Assembly (NCBI GenBank): GCA_965207065.1
Contig: OZ242260.1
Span: 1,824,001-1,888,000, forward strand
Direction: 5' to 3'
Source of the DNA: a bacterium
GTDB taxonomy: Bacteria > UBA8248
DNA length: 64,000 nucleotides
The first letter of the stretch is position 1, and every line of letters starts with the position of its first letter. Shown piece by piece: positions 8,642 through 19,848 of this stretch. Made by a program: the position numbers and the translations under genes. The notes under the pieces are model-generated. The model was not told where the DNA came from. It did not search any database and was given only the letters and a program-made list of their open reading frames with translations.

Positions 8642-10147
8642 TCATTCATCACCGGCCTGCGGGGATCGGCGGCGGGCGCCCCAGACGACGACACCTGCGG
8701 CCAGCAATATAAAGACGAGCGAGATGGGCCGGCGGACGAACAGAGACAGGTCGCCGTCTCCCATGATAAGCGATTGTCCGAGGGAAGACTCGAACGCCCG
8801 CCCCAGAATGAAGGTGATGATGAGGGGGGCGACCGGGAAATCGAATTTTCTCAGAAAATAGCCCACCACTCCGAAGACCAGCATCACCTTCACGTCGAAG
8901 AAGCTGTTGTTCAGGGCGTATGTCCCCACCACACAGAACGCCGCCACGACGGGGAAGACCGCCTTCTTCGGGAACCGCGCGATCAGGGCCACATAGCGCA
9001 GGCTGAAGAACCCGAGGATCAGCATAAGGACGTTGCAGAGCAGCATGGCGATCAGGATGCTGTAGACGATCGCGCCGTGATCCTCGAAGAGGCGGGGGCC
9101 CGGCCGGAGCCCCTGCACCATGAATGCGGCGAAGAGCACCGCGGTTACGATGTCGCCCGGTATGCCGAAACTGAGCAGGGGGATGAGGCTCGAACCGTTG
9201 ACCGCGTTGTTGCCGGTTTCGGCGGCGGCCACTCCCTCCAGCGATCCTTTCCCGAACTGCTCGGGCTGCTTTGACCTCCGGAACGCCAGGCCGTAGGAGA
9301 CGAACGCGGATACCACCTGTCCCAGGCCCGGAATCGCGCCGATGATCGTGCCGACCACCGCCGAGCGGGAGATCGTCCGGCCGCAGCTCTTGAACTCCTC
9401 CATGGTCAGGGGTTCGTTGCCCTCGGCGCGCCACGCGGTCATGCGCTTCTCGTCTTCGGCCTTGCGCTCCTCTCGGGTCTTCTCTCCGTAGAGGAGGATC
9501 TCCGAGAGCGCAAAGATCCCGATCAGCATCGCGATGAACGAGATTCCCCCGGTCAGGTCCACCGAGCCGAAGGTGAAGCGCCGCACCCCGATCAGGGGGT
9601 CGAGACCGACCGAGCTCAGAAACAGCCCGAGAGCGGCGGACATCAGCCCACGAATCACCGAACGGCCCGTGACGCAGCTGATGATGGCGAAGCTGAAGAC
9701 GAAGATAGCGAAATATTCCGGGGGGCCCACCAGGATGGCGACCGCCGCGATGGCGCCCGCGATGAAGATGGTGACGAGATCGCTGAAGGTGTCCCCGATG
9801 ACGGAGGAGTAGAGAGCCATCTCGAGGGCCTTTCTCGCCTTACCCTGCTGGGCGAGGGGGTAGCCGTCCAGTACGGTGGCCGCGGCTGCGCCCGTGCCCG
9901 GCGTGTTGATCAGGATCGCGGGAATCGAACCGCCGAATATCGCCCCCTTCGTGATGGCCAGGAGGAAGGGAATCCCCAGAACGGGTTCGACGAAAAACGA
10001 GATCGGCAGCAGAACCGCCACCGCCATGGCGGCCGTGAGGCCGGGCAGGCCGCCCACCACGATCCCCATCGACATTCCGATCACTAGGACGGCGAGTACG
10101 TCGAAGCGCAGGCACAGGAACAGGCCTTGCGCCAGCTGCGCCCACAT
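8642..10147 (-). CDS. tctA: Tripartite tricarboxylate transporter large permease TctA
   Basis: GGLPGL, GGSIPAILINTPG, LDGYPLAQQG, GVAAAETGNNA, GIPG; multi-TM. Confidence 0.92.
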   Translation of the reverse strand: MWAQLAQGLFLCLRFDVLAVLVIGMSMGIVVGGLPGLTAAMAVAVLLPISFFVEPVLGIPFLLAITKGAIFGGSIPAILINTPGTGAAAATVLDGYPLAQQGKARKALEMALYSSVIGDTFSDLVTIFIAGAIAAVAILVGPPEYFAIFVFSFAIISCVTGRSVIRGLMSAALGLFLSSVGLDPLIGVRRFTFGSVDLTGGISFIAMLIGIFALSEILLYGEKTREERKAEDEKRMTAWRAEGNEPLTMEEFKSCGRTISRSAVVGTIIGAIPGLGQVVSAFVSYGLAFRRSKQPEQFGKGSLEGVAAAETGNNAVNGSSLIPLLSFGIPGDIVTAVLFAAFMVQGLRPGPRLFEDHGAIVYSILIAMLLCNVLMLILGFFSLRYVALIARFPKKAVFPVVAAFCVVGTYALNNSFFDVKVMLVFGVVGYFLRKFDFPVAPLIITFILGRAFESSLGQSLIMGDGDLSLFVRRPISLVFILLAAGVVVWGARRRSPQAGDE

Positions 10148-10148
10148 C

Positions 10149-10631
10149 CTAGAAGACCCCGCCCGAAAGCCTGCCTTCCGGCAGCACGACGCCCAGGAAA
10201 TGACCGAAGAAGACCCGGATGAAGAGCGGGGTCAACAGAGCGAGCAGCGCGAGGGTCCGCCATTCCCGCATCCCGAGCTGAAAGGCGAACAGGGCGACGG
10301 CGACGAGGGTGGCGGGGAGCATCCCGAACCACTCGACGAGGAGGATGTAGAGGGCGAAGGTGGCGACCGGCGCCAGAGCGCGGATCCGAAGCGGTCCGCT
10401 GGGAAGGCGCTCAGGCGTGGAGGAGGGGGATATCCATTTTTGCGCGGCCATCAATGCGGCCATGAGCGCGAGCAGGGAGAGGGCAAGAAATGGAAAGGCG
10501 CTGGGCGGGAACGGAATAGTTCGTTCTCCCACCTTTCGGATAAGCACCTGGCTGGGTATCAGCGCCAGTCCGGCCAGGCTGAATACGAACACGGCAAGCC
10601 CGACCCACGTTTCCCGGTGGAATCGCTTCAT
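10149..10631 (-). CDS. tctB: Tripartite tricarboxylate transporter small subunit TctB
   Basis: About 4 TM segments, PSAFP and LGVVLPEG; directly upstream of tctA. Confidence 0.82.
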   Translation of the reverse strand: MKRFHRETWVGLAVFVFSLAGLALIPSQVLIRKVGERTIPFPPSAFPFLALSLLALMAALMAAQKWISPSSTPERLPSGPLRIRALAPVATFALYILLVEWFGMLPATLVAVALFAFQLGMREWRTLALLALLTPLFIRVFFGHFLGVVLPEGRLSGGVF

Positions 10632-11008
10632 GGTGCTCTGCCTCCAGTTGGGCCCTCACGTCCTCGAGGCCCGCTCTCAGAGCAAAGCGTCGCAACTATC
10701 GACCTAACGCTCACCAATGGAAGAGCGGCACGTCGAAGAGACTCTCTTCCGTTGATCACTCATTTAGGGCAAGGCAGCCGTCATTTCGATTTTTATAATA
10801 CATGCAGAATACGGAACTGAATCCTTCGGGTCAATCAGCGTTGTTTCTCTATACATTCTGTGGCCGCCGCCTGAACGTGTACGTATGGAAAATCTCCCGA
10901 ATGCTTTACCTTTGCCATTTCGCTTCGGTTGTCATCAAAAACCCCCTTGTGTAGTGTTGATCAAATCGAAAAGTAAATTCCCTGAATTCCTGCGCGGGGG
11001 AGGATGCC

Positions 11009-12397
11009 ATGGCCGCAAAGACCAAGGTGGATGTCCTGATCGAGAACGGAACCGTCGTCACCGTGGACCCGCAGCGGAGGGTCATCCGAAACGGCGCCGT
11101 CGTCATAGCGAAGAACCGGATCAAGGACGTCGGGAAGGCTTCGGCCCTCAGGAAAAAATACGAGGCCAAACGGACCTACGACGCCACCATGAAGCTCGTC
11201 ACCCCCGGCCTGATCAACGCACACATCCATTTCTACCACCACATGCACCGGGGCCTTTCGCCCGAGACCCTGGCGGGTATGCCGTGGTCCGACTTCGTCC
11301 ACCGCCGGGTCGCCACCATCGTGAACGCCGAGGACGAGATATGGGGCGGCCTCGGGATCCTGGCCGAAACCCTCAAGACGGGGGCAACGACCTTTCTTGA
11401 GGCGGGTTCCTACAACCCAGGCCCCGTCATCGAGGGCGTCTCCCGCATCGGAATGCGGGGCCTGATGGGCCGAAGGTCGTTCGACATGGTGAGCCAGGGC
11501 CACAACATGCTGGTCGAGAGCACCCGGGAGTGTCTGAACGAGAACGAGAAGTTCATGAAGGACTACCGGGGCGGGGTGGGGCTCGTGAAGCCCTGCGTCG
11601 TCATCGTCGGGATGGGGCGCTGCTCGGACCGGCTCTACCAAAAGTCCAAGGAGATGGCAGACAAGTACAGGACTATCCTCCACATGCACCAGGCCAACAT
11701 GATCGAGAACGTCCAGGAGAGCCTGAGCCTGAACGGCGCCCGCCCCATCGAGCATCTCCACAACATCGGTGTTCTTGGTAAGAACGTGGCTCTCACCCAC
11801 ATGATCCACGTGAGCGCCAGGGAGATCGAGTTTCTCGCCAAAACGCGGACGAACGTCCTGCACTGTCCGAGCACCGCCATGAAGATCAGCTACGGCCTCT
11901 CCGCCTTCGGGAAGTTCCCAGAGATGATGGAGGCGGGCGTCAACGTCGCCATTGGGACCGACGCGTCTGACTGCTCGAACTTCAACGACATGGTGCGCCT
12001 AATGTATCTGGCGGCGGCGACGCCCAAGGACTACCGCTACGACCCGGCAGCGGGGAGTGCCGAAAAGGCTATCGAGATGGCGACCATCAACGCAGCCAGG
12101 GCGATGAACATGGAGCGGGAGATCGGCTCCCTCGAGCCGGGCAAGAAGGCCGACGTCGCCATCTTCGACATGAAGCGGCCGGATTGGGTCCCCCTCTACA
12201 ACGAGATCCAGAATTTCGTCTATTCGGCCCAGGGGAACAGCTGCGAGAGCGTCATGGTCGACGGGAAGTTCGTGATGGAGAACCGCGAGATCAAAACGAT
12301 AGACGAGACGGAAATCGTGGAGCGGATCGGGCGCCTGGCGAAAGGGGTCATGAAGCGGAGCAAGGTGCCGCTCTACAGCCCGTGGAAGTTCATCTAG
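11009..12397 (+). CDS. Amidohydrolase (MtaD/AtzA/SsnA-like deaminase or chlorohydrolase family)
   Basis: PGLINAHIH, HMH, HCP, IGTD, GSLEPGKKAD. Confidence 0.88.
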   Translation: MAAKTKVDVLIENGTVVTVDPQRRVIRNGAVVIAKNRIKDVGKASALRKKYEAKRTYDATMKLVTPGLINAHIHFYHHMHRGLSPETLAGMPWSDFVHRRVATIVNAEDEIWGGLGILAETLKTGATTFLEAGSYNPGPVIEGVSRIGMRGLMGRRSFDMVSQGHNMLVESTRECLNENEKFMKDYRGGVGLVKPCVVIVGMGRCSDRLYQKSKEMADKYRTILHMHQANMIENVQESLSLNGARPIEHLHNIGVLGKNVALTHMIHVSAREIEFLAKTRTNVLHCPSTAMKISYGLSAFGKFPEMMEAGVNVAIGTDASDCSNFNDMVRLMYLAAATPKDYRYDPAAGSAEKAIEMATINAARAMNMEREIGSLEPGKKADVAIFDMKRPDWVPLYNEIQNFVYSAQGNSCESVMVDGKFVMENREIKTIDETEIVERIGRLAKGVMKRSKVPLYSPWKFI

Positions 12398-12428
12398 TCC
12401 CGGCCGCCCGGACGGGGAGGAGACCCTC

Positions 12429-13562
12429 ATGACGCGCATCGCCACCACCCACGTCGGGTCGTTGCCGCGAAGCAAGCGTGCGCTCGATTTTCTCTTCGCC
12501 CGCGACCGGGACGAGCCCTACGACCCGGCCGACTTCGCCGCCTGCATGGCGGAAGAGTGCGCGGAGACGGTGCGCCGGCAGGTCGAAGCCGGGGTCGACA
12601 TCGTCTCGGACGGCGAGACGTCCAAGATTTCCTACACCACCTACGTCAAGAACCGCTACACCGGCTTCTCCGGCCAGAGCGAGCGAGCCGTGCCCGGGGA
12701 TTTGAAGCTCTTCCCGCGCTATCTCGAACGCCTCGCGCGCGAGGGCGGGACGCCGAAGCTCGTCCGTCCGCAATGCACCGGACCGGTAGCGCCGAAGGAC
12801 GACGCCGACCTCAGGGCCGACATCGAAAATTTCAAGAATACGATGGCGTCGCATGACGTTAAGCGCGGCTTCCTGAACGCGGCGTCGCCCGGCGTCATCG
12901 CGTTGTTCATGCCGAACGTCTACTACTCTACTCGTGAGGCCTACTTGGAAGCCCTCGCCGACGCGATGAAGACGGAATACGACGCGATCCTGGCGGCAGG
13001 CTTCGACCTCCAGCTCGACTGCCCGGACTTAGGCCTCGCGCGCCACGTGCTGTACGAGGATCGTTCCGACGCCGAGTTCGGCATAATCGCGGCGGCGAAC
13101 GTCGAGGTACTGAACCACGCGCTGCGCGATGCCGACCCGGCACGGGTGCGGGTCCACATCTGCTGGGGGAACTACGAGGGGCCTCACGTGTGCGACGTCG
13201 GGCTGGATCACGTGTTCTCCGCCTTGATGTCCGCACGCGCCCGCTACGTCCTGTTCGAGAACGCCAACCCGCGGCACGAGCACGAGTGGACCGTATTCCG
13301 CGACCGGCGGGACGAGATACCCGAGGAAAAGATCCTCGTGCCCGGCGTCATCGACACGACGAGCAACTTCGTGGAGCATCCCGAACTCGTCGCGCAGCGG
13401 ATCGGGCGCTTCGTGGAGCTCTTTGGTCCGGAGCGAGTGGTCGCCGGAACCGACTGCGGGTTCGGGACCTTCGCCGGTTTCGGAGCGGTCGATCCCGACA
13501 TCGTCTACGTCAAGCTCGCGGCGTTGGCCGAAGGCGCCGCCATCGCGTCCGAGAGTATATGA
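12429..13562 (+). CDS. Cobalamin-independent methionine synthase II family protein (MetE C-terminal domain only)
   Basis: THVGSLPR, VSDGE, HICWGNYEGPH, PGVIDT, TDCGF Zn-ligand motifs. Confidence 0.88.
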   Translation: MTRIATTHVGSLPRSKRALDFLFARDRDEPYDPADFAACMAEECAETVRRQVEAGVDIVSDGETSKISYTTYVKNRYTGFSGQSERAVPGDLKLFPRYLERLAREGGTPKLVRPQCTGPVAPKDDADLRADIENFKNTMASHDVKRGFLNAASPGVIALFMPNVYYSTREAYLEALADAMKTEYDAILAAGFDLQLDCPDLGLARHVLYEDRSDAEFGIIAAANVEVLNHALRDADPARVRVHICWGNYEGPHVCDVGLDHVFSALMSARARYVLFENANPRHEHEWTVFRDRRDEIPEEKILVPGVIDTTSNFVEHPELVAQRIGRFVELFGPERVVAGTDCGFGTFAGFGAVDPDIVYVKLAALAEGAAIASESI

Positions 13563-13871
13563 CGCGCGCCGCAAGCAGCGCGCGCAGCCGGGAGAGAGCG
13601 CCGTTAAGCATCTCCTGGTGAATACCGAAGGCGATTTTGTGCAGGCGTGAGGGTGTAACTCAACCTTTGCGTATCTGGCGTCTATAATCCCTGCCAAGAC
13701 TTCAAAGACCCGAGTCCATCCTTCTCCATTGCATTCTGACATTCACGCGGATTAAAATGCGCACGTCTTCGAGACGGTGTCGCAGAACCTTTGGGTGTTT
13801 CTAATGTATGACTTGGTTCGCGGCGCCCTGAATCTGTAAGTTCCACGGGACATCCAGAGAGGACGCAGAGC

Positions 13872-16031
13872 ATGTCGCGCCTGGCTGAAGATGAATCCTC
13901 CGCCATTGCCGCTGAACCGATCCTCGATCCACGCCGCCGATATCTGAATCGCGAGCTCTCCTGGCTCTCTTTCAACTGGCGCGTGCTCGCCGAGGCGAGC
14001 AATCTCCGCCACCCCGTGCTCGAACGGCTTCGATTCCTCTCCATATCGGCGAGCAACCTCGATGAATTCTTCATGGTGCGCCTCGCGGGACTCAAGGGCC
14101 AGGTGGCGAACGGCGTCACCCAGAAGAGCCTCGATGGCCGTACGCCCGCAGAGCAGTTGCTCGAAGTTTCTCAGGAGAGCGCTCGGCTGATCCGCGAACA
14201 GGAAACGGTTTGGCGGCGCTTACAAGTTGAACTCGGAGAGGTCGGTATCTCGGTGGTCACCGCGAAAGACTTGAGCGCGGAGGACATCGAATGGCTGGGC
14301 GACTACTTCCTGAAACAGGTATTCCTCGTGCTGACGCCGCTCGCCATCGACCCGGCGCACCCGTTTCCCTTTATCGCCAATCGCGGTTTTTCCCTGGCGC
14401 TGGAACTCGAAGCCATCAATGGTGCCCGGAAGATGCGGGCGCTGGTTCCGCTGCCCGATCAGGTGCGCCGCTTCATACGCCTGCCGGGAGAGGATGTCCG
14501 CTTCTTCGCGCTGGAGAATCTGGTTCGCTTGTTCATCGATCAGTTGTTCCCCGGCTACCGGATCGTCGGAAGCGGCGTGTTCCGCCTCATCCGTGACAGC
14601 GATATCGAATACGAAGAAGAGGCCGAAGACCTCGTCCTGTTGTTCGAGACCATGCTGCGCAGGCGCCGGCTCGGCGGTGTGGTGCGCCTGAACCTGAGCG
14701 CCGACATGCCGGATTCGCTGCGCGAACTGGTGATTGACGAGTTCGACGCGCAACCCGAGGACATCGTGGAGCTGACCGGCACGATCGGCATGGCGCAACT
14801 TGATGAGTTAATCGATTGCGGGCGGCCGGATCTGATTTTCCCTGAGTACCGTGCGCGCTTTCCCGAGCGCATCCGCGAGTACGACAACGATTGCTTCGCG
14901 GCGATCCGCCACAAGGACATCATCGTCCACCACCCCTACGAGAGTTTCGATGTGGTGGTGCAGTTTCTCGAACAGGCTGCGGCCGACCCGAACGTGCTGG
15001 CGATAAAACAGACGCTGTATCGCACGACCGACGGGTCGCCCATCGTGAAGGCGCTCATCGCGGCTGCGGAATCGGGCAAATCGGTCACCGCGATGGTGGA
15101 ACTCAAGGCGCGCTTCGACGAGGAGACCAACCTCAAGCTCTCGCAGTCGCTCGAACGCGCCGGCGTCCACGTGGTCTATGGCTTCATGAAGCTCAAGACC
15201 CACGCCAAGGTCACCTGCGTCGTGCGGCGCGAGGGAGAAGATCTGCGCAGCTACGTGCACTTCGGCACCGGCAACTACCATCCGATTACCGCGCGCATAT
15301 ATACGGACCTCTCGTTTTTCACCTGCGATGAGCGTCTTGCCCACGACGCCGCGCAAGTGTTCAACCTGACCACCGGCTATGCGCTGCCGACAAGTTTCGA
15401 GTGCGTCGCTGTGGCGCCCTCGGGCCTTCGGAAATCCGTGCTTGAGATGATCGACAATGAGATAGCCAACGCCGAAGCCGGCCGGCCGGCCGGGGTGTGG
15501 GCGAAGATGAACTCACTCGTGGATGGGACGGTGATCGACAAGCTCTACCAGGCGAGCGCCGCAGGCGTTCAGGTCGATCTGGTGGTTCGCGGCATCTGCT
15601 GCCTGCGTCCGGGCGTGCCGGGCCTATCCGAAAATATCCGGGTCAAGAGCATCATCGGGCGGTTTCTGGAACACTCGCGTATCGTGTGTTTCGCCAACGG
15701 CCACCCGCTGCCCTCGCCTCATGCGAAGGTGTTCATCACCTCGGCCGACTGGATGCCGCGCAACTTCGACCGCCGCTGCGAGGTGCTGGTGCCGATAGAG
15801 AACGAAACCGTGCATCAGCAGGTGCTCGACCAGATCATGGTGGCGAATTACAAGGACGATGTCCAAAGCTGGAACATGGCTGGCGACGGCGACTACGAGC
15901 GAGCGCTGCTCGGGGAAGAAGATTTCACGGCGCACACCTATTTCATGACGAATCCAAGTCTGTCTGGTCGCGGAAGCGCGCTCAGGCGGGCAGGCGGCCC
16001 GGCGAGGTTGCGTATTGCGGAAGACGGCTGA
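13872..16031 (+). CDS. ppk1: Polyphosphate kinase 1
   Basis: [50 protein letters not shown]. Confidence 0.96.
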   Translation: MSRLAEDESSAIAAEPILDPRRRYLNRELSWLSFNWRVLAEASNLRHPVLERLRFLSISASNLDEFFMVRLAGLKGQVANGVTQKSLDGRTPAEQLLEVSQESARLIREQETVWRRLQVELGEVGISVVTAKDLSAEDIEWLGDYFLKQVFLVLTPLAIDPAHPFPFIANRGFSLALELEAINGARKMRALVPLPDQVRRFIRLPGEDVRFFALENLVRLFIDQLFPGYRIVGSGVFRLIRDSDIEYEEEAEDLVLLFETMLRRRRLGGVVRLNLSADMPDSLRELVIDEFDAQPEDIVELTGTIGMAQLDELIDCGRPDLIFPEYRARFPERIREYDNDCFAAIRHKDIIVHHPYESFDVVVQFLEQAAADPNVLAIKQTLYRTTDGSPIVKALIAAAESGKSVTAMVELKARFDEETNLKLSQSLERAGVHVVYGFMKLKTHAKVTCVVRREGEDLRSYVHFGTGNYHPITARIYTDLSFFTCDERLAHDAAQVFNLTTGYALPTSFECVAVAPSGLRKSVLEMIDNEIANAEAGRPAGVWAKMNSLVDGTVIDKLYQASAAGVQVDLVVRGICCLRPGVPGLSENIRVKSIIGRFLEHSRIVCFANGHPLPSPHAKVFITSADWMPRNFDRRCEVLVPIENETVHQQVLDQIMVANYKDDVQSWNMAGDGDYERALLGEEDFTAHTYFMTNPSLSGRGSALRRAGGPARLRIAEDG

Positions 16032-17541
16032 ACGACCAGGCCTCGTCGATGAGGCAACCGGCTCTCACGAACGCTATGGCGTAATTGACATTGGTTCCAA
16101 CTCGATCCGTCTGGTCGTGTTCGAGGGGTTGCTGCGCGCGCCGCTGCCCATGTTCAACGAAAGGATCCTGTGCGGTCTGGGCCGCAATTTACATGATACC
16201 GGCAGGCTCGATACGGAGGGCATCGAACAGGCGCTTCAGAACATCGAGCGTTTTGGCGTCCTGTTGCGCGCGATGGGGGTGACGCGCTTTGACGCCATCG
16301 CCACCGCGGCGGTGCGCGATGCCGAGGATGGATCTAAGTTCGTCGCCGAAGTGGAGCGACGGTGCGGTTTTCGCGTGCGCGTGCTCTCGGGTGCCGGAGA
16401 AGCCGAGATGGCGGCGCTCGGGGTGTTGAGCGGAGCGCCGGAGGCGGACGGCGTCGTGGGCGACCTGGGCGGCGGCAGCCTCGAGTTGGTCCATCTGGTT
16501 GATGGCGTGATCGCCGAGCAGGCGACGCTGCCTCTCGGGCCGCTCAACCTCTTCGCCGCCTCGGGCGGCCAGCGAAAGCGTGCGCGGCGGATCATTGACG
16601 AAGCTTTGGGCGAGTTGCCCTGGCTCACCAAAATGCGCAAGCGTGCTTTCTATGCCGTCGGCGGCAACTGGCGGGCTTTGGCGCACGCTCACATGTCGCA
16701 TTCGGGCTATCCGCTCAACATCATTCACCATTACCGGCTACGCAGCGGCGACCTTGAAAAAATCGCCGCTCTGATATCCCGCCAGAGCCGCGAATCGTTG
16801 ACGGGCATTCGCGGCGTTTCGAGCAGGCGGCTCGATTTGCTGCCGCTCGCAGCACTTGTGATGGAACACCTCCTAGCGATTGTTGCGCCACGCGACGTGG
16901 TCTTCTCCGCTAATGGGCTGCGCGAAGGGCTCGCCTATGCGTGCCTGGGGAAGCGGGTCCGGAACGAGGACCCGCTGCTCAGTGCGGTGGGCGACATTCA
17001 TGCCCGCACCGCGCGGTTTCCCGATCACGTCCCTGAACTGCTCGAGTGGACAGAAAGCCTTTTTCCAAAAGAGAGCGCGTCCGAGCTGCGCCTGCGTCAC
17101 GCCGTCTGTCTGCTCAGCGACGTCGGCTGGCGGGTGCACCCGGATTACCGGGCCGCCCAGGCCTGCGCCGAGGTGCTGCATGCGCGCGCCTTACACGTCA
17201 GCCACGAGGAGCGGGTGTTTCTCGCGCTGGCCGTTTACGGGCGTTATACGAGCCGGGAGACCCACGGGGAATTGCGCACCGTCGTGCGGCTGCTGGATGG
17301 GGAGACCGCCGGTCGCGCGCGAATCCTCGGCTCCGCCGTGCGCCTGGGCGAGACTCTGTGCGGCGGCGTTCCCGGCCTGCTGGGGCGTTTTTCGCTCAAG
17401 CCGTCGCCGCGCCGGGGTTCTCTCAAGCTCAAGTGCCGCCGCCGTGACAAGAACATGCTGGGCGAAGTCGTCGTGCGCCGCTTCGAGGCCCTGGCCGCTC
17501 TGATGGGGCTGGAGCCAGAGGTGAGCTTTGTCGATGACTAA
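16015..17541 (+). CDS. ppx: Ppx/GppA family exopolyphosphatase
   Basis: [31 protein letters not shown]; overlaps the ppk1 end; exact start uncertain. Confidence 0.92.
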   Translation: MRKTAERPGLVDEATGSHERYGVIDIGSNSIRLVVFEGLLRAPLPMFNERILCGLGRNLHDTGRLDTEGIEQALQNIERFGVLLRAMGVTRFDAIATAAVRDAEDGSKFVAEVERRCGFRVRVLSGAGEAEMAALGVLSGAPEADGVVGDLGGGSLELVHLVDGVIAEQATLPLGPLNLFAASGGQRKRARRIIDEALGELPWLTKMRKRAFYAVGGNWRALAHAHMSHSGYPLNIIHHYRLRSGDLEKIAALISRQSRESLTGIRGVSSRRLDLLPLAALVMEHLLAIVAPRDVVFSANGLREGLAYACLGKRVRNEDPLLSAVGDIHARTARFPDHVPELLEWTESLFPKESASELRLRHAVCLLSDVGWRVHPDYRAAQACAEVLHARALHVSHEERVFLALAVYGRYTSRETHGELRTVVRLLDGETAGRARILGSAVRLGETLCGGVPGLLGRFSLKPSPRRGSLKLKCRRRDKNMLGEVVVRRFEALAALMGLEPEVSFVDD

Positions 17542-17764
17542 GGCGGGCGTACTGGTTTCCCAGAAAATGGCCGGTCGAGAGACTTGAGACGGAAACTACT
17601 TGCTGTGGATGAAATTAGGTTCGGGCCTCCCGATTGCATTTCATATCCGCTCGGCTAAAATAACCAACTACCTTTTGTTCGACAGATGAGCGCCCCGGCG
17701 CTGAAAAATCCGTTTATTTCGCCGCAGAACCCGGTGGCGGAAACGTCAAGAAGGAGAGCACGAC

Positions 17765-18718
17765 ATGGTGGAACGCAGAAGCTATTCGGGGATCCTGCCA
17801 GCGATGCAGGTTCCCATGCTGGACAACATGGATATCGATGAGGCCGAGCTTAGCCGTTTTTCCGGATGGCTGGCCGGATTCGAGGGTGTGAACGGGCTCG
17901 TCACCAACGGCCACACGGGCGAGGTATTCTCATTTACCGCACGAGAACGCGCCGAGGTGACGCGGATCGTCGCTGACGCCGTAGGCGGAAGCGTGCCGGT
18001 CATTTCGGGGCTCGCATGCGAGGGCATCCGCGACGGTATCGAACAAGCCGAGATGGCCCGGGAAGCAGGAGCCGACGGGCTGCTCGTGATGCCGTTTCAC
18101 CACTGGCTGCGTTTCGGACATCGACCGCAGCACGTCATCGACTACTTCACGGCAGTCGGCGAGGCGTCCGACCTGAACCTGGTGGTGCACGTGTATCCCG
18201 CGTGGACGAAGGCGAGCTACAGTTCCGAGCTTCTGGGCGAACTCGGGAGGATTCCCTGGGTGACCTGCTTCAAGGTCGGCACGCGCGAGATGTCCCAATA
18301 CGCGCGCGACATCGCCTCCATCCGCGAGAACGCGCCCGATACGACGATCCTCACCTGTCACGACGAATATCTCCTCGCATCGATGGTGCAGGGCGTGGAC
18401 GGCGCGCTCGTCGGGTTCGCCTCGTTCATTCCCGACCTCATCGTAGCGCTCTATGAGGCCGTCAAGGCGGGCGACCTGCACCGCGCGCAGGAGATACAGG
18501 CGCAGATTCTACCGCTCAAGGAAGTCGTATATTCGAGCGGCGAGCCCTCAGGGGAGGCGCACGCGCGCATGAAAACGGCGATGGTGCTCGCCGGACGCTT
18601 CAAATCGCCCGTCGTGCGTCCGCCGAGCGAGGTCGCCAAGGGACGCACGTTCGAGGCGATCAAAAGCGCCGTGGAGCAATCGGGCCTGCTGAAACTTGAA
18701 ACCGCGACTACCGGATAA
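17765..18718 (+). CDS. DapA/N-acetylneuraminate lyase family Schiff-base aldolase or dehydratase
   Basis: NGHTGE motif, GADGLLVMP, candidate Schiff-base Lys in CFKVG; first gene of a TAXI-TRAP operon. Confidence 0.85.
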   Translation: MVERRSYSGILPAMQVPMLDNMDIDEAELSRFSGWLAGFEGVNGLVTNGHTGEVFSFTARERAEVTRIVADAVGGSVPVISGLACEGIRDGIEQAEMAREAGADGLLVMPFHHWLRFGHRPQHVIDYFTAVGEASDLNLVVHVYPAWTKASYSSELLGELGRIPWVTCFKVGTREMSQYARDIASIRENAPDTTILTCHDEYLLASMVQGVDGALVGFASFIPDLIVALYEAVKAGDLHRAQEIQAQILPLKEVVYSSGEPSGEAHARMKTAMVLAGRFKSPVVRPPSEVAKGRTFEAIKSAVEQSGLLKLETATTG

Positions 18719-18760
18719 TCGTTCGTCTCTCAAGGACAAACCAACGAGGGGAGGAAACCC

Positions 18761-19774
18761 ATGCTCAGAAAAAGAATGCGCTTCAAGGGGTTGACGCTTG
18801 GCCTTTTGCTGGCTGCCCTGATAACGGGCGCGGGCCCTGCGGCATACGCCGCCGATTCTTTCAGTATCGGCGCGATGCGGCCCGGTTCGGCCTGGTACGT
18901 CTTCGGCGCCACGCTGGCGCAACTGCTTAAGCCCAGCCTGCCGAAGGGCAGCAACCCCGAAGTGATCGCGCGCGGCGGAGGCGTGAGCAATCCCGCCGCC
19001 GTGGACAAGAAAAAGGCGACCATCGCGCTTTCGAACGTCGCCTCCGCACTTTGGGCCTACAACGGCTTGAAGGGCGTCTACAAGCAAAAGCACAACAACA
19101 TCCGCGCTCTCATCGGCGGGCTGAACAAAGTGCGCGTCACCGCTATGGTGACGGAGAACTACATCAAGCGGACGGGCAACGACACGCTCGAAAAAGCGAT
19201 GCTCTCCAAGCCGCCCGCGCGCATCGTCATGAAGCCTGCGGGCAGCACCGTCCCTGTCGTCGCCGACATGCTCATGGCCGCGCTGGGAACCAGCCGCAAG
19301 GACATGAAGGCGCGGGGCGGCAAGATCATTCAGGTGGCCGCGAACCAGATTCCGGCGATCATCAAAGACGGCAGGGCGGACCTCTACTTCGAGGTCGCCA
19401 TCCCGAGGCACCCGACGGTGACGGAAGTCACGACCACCAACGCGATGCGCTTCCTGAGTTTCCCCCAAAAGGCGCTCAAGGCCCTCGCCGCCAATGGCCT
19501 GCGGACGGCGGCCGTGCCGGGCAAGTGGTTCAAGGGCATCAAGGGCAAGGTGATGGCGGTCGACCTCGGAACGGTGCTCATCGCGCACAAGGACATGTCG
19601 GATTCACTCGCCTACACCATCACGAAAACGCTGGCCGAGAACAAGAAGGCCATGGGCAAAGCCCACGCGGCCTGGAGGTTCTTCAAGCCCAAAAACGGCG
19701 GTAAAACGGCGAGCGTCGGGGTGCCGCTCCATCCGGGCGCCGCGAAGTATTTCAAGGAAAAAGGCTGGCTGTAG
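18761..19774 (+). CDS. TAXI family TRAP transporter solute-binding subunit
   Basis: Signal peptide, PGSAWY, GGGVSN, C-terminal VPLHPGAAKYFKE. Confidence 0.9.
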   Translation: MLRKRMRFKGLTLGLLLAALITGAGPAAYAADSFSIGAMRPGSAWYVFGATLAQLLKPSLPKGSNPEVIARGGGVSNPAAVDKKKATIALSNVASALWAYNGLKGVYKQKHNNIRALIGGLNKVRVTAMVTENYIKRTGNDTLEKAMLSKPPARIVMKPAGSTVPVVADMLMAALGTSRKDMKARGGKIIQVAANQIPAIIKDGRADLYFEVAIPRHPTVTEVTTTNAMRFLSFPQKALKALAANGLRTAAVPGKWFKGIKGKVMAVDLGTVLIAHKDMSDSLAYTITKTLAENKKAMGKAHAAWRFFKPKNGGKTASVGVPLHPGAAKYFKEKGWL

Positions 19775-19848
19775 ACCGACCACGGCGGGGCGGGGGACGA
19801 CGAGGTTCGTCTTTCGCCCCGTTTCCTCGCATCGGGGTTTCATGAACC

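Noticed and set aside
10690-10790. Riboswitch upstream of the first tct operon
   Set aside because: A GGAAGAG/CTCTTCC stem exists but I recognise no aptamer consensus; needs a covariance-model search
13563-13871. Gene remnant upstream of ppk1
   Set aside because: The minus-strand peptide looks protein-like but matches nothing I can name
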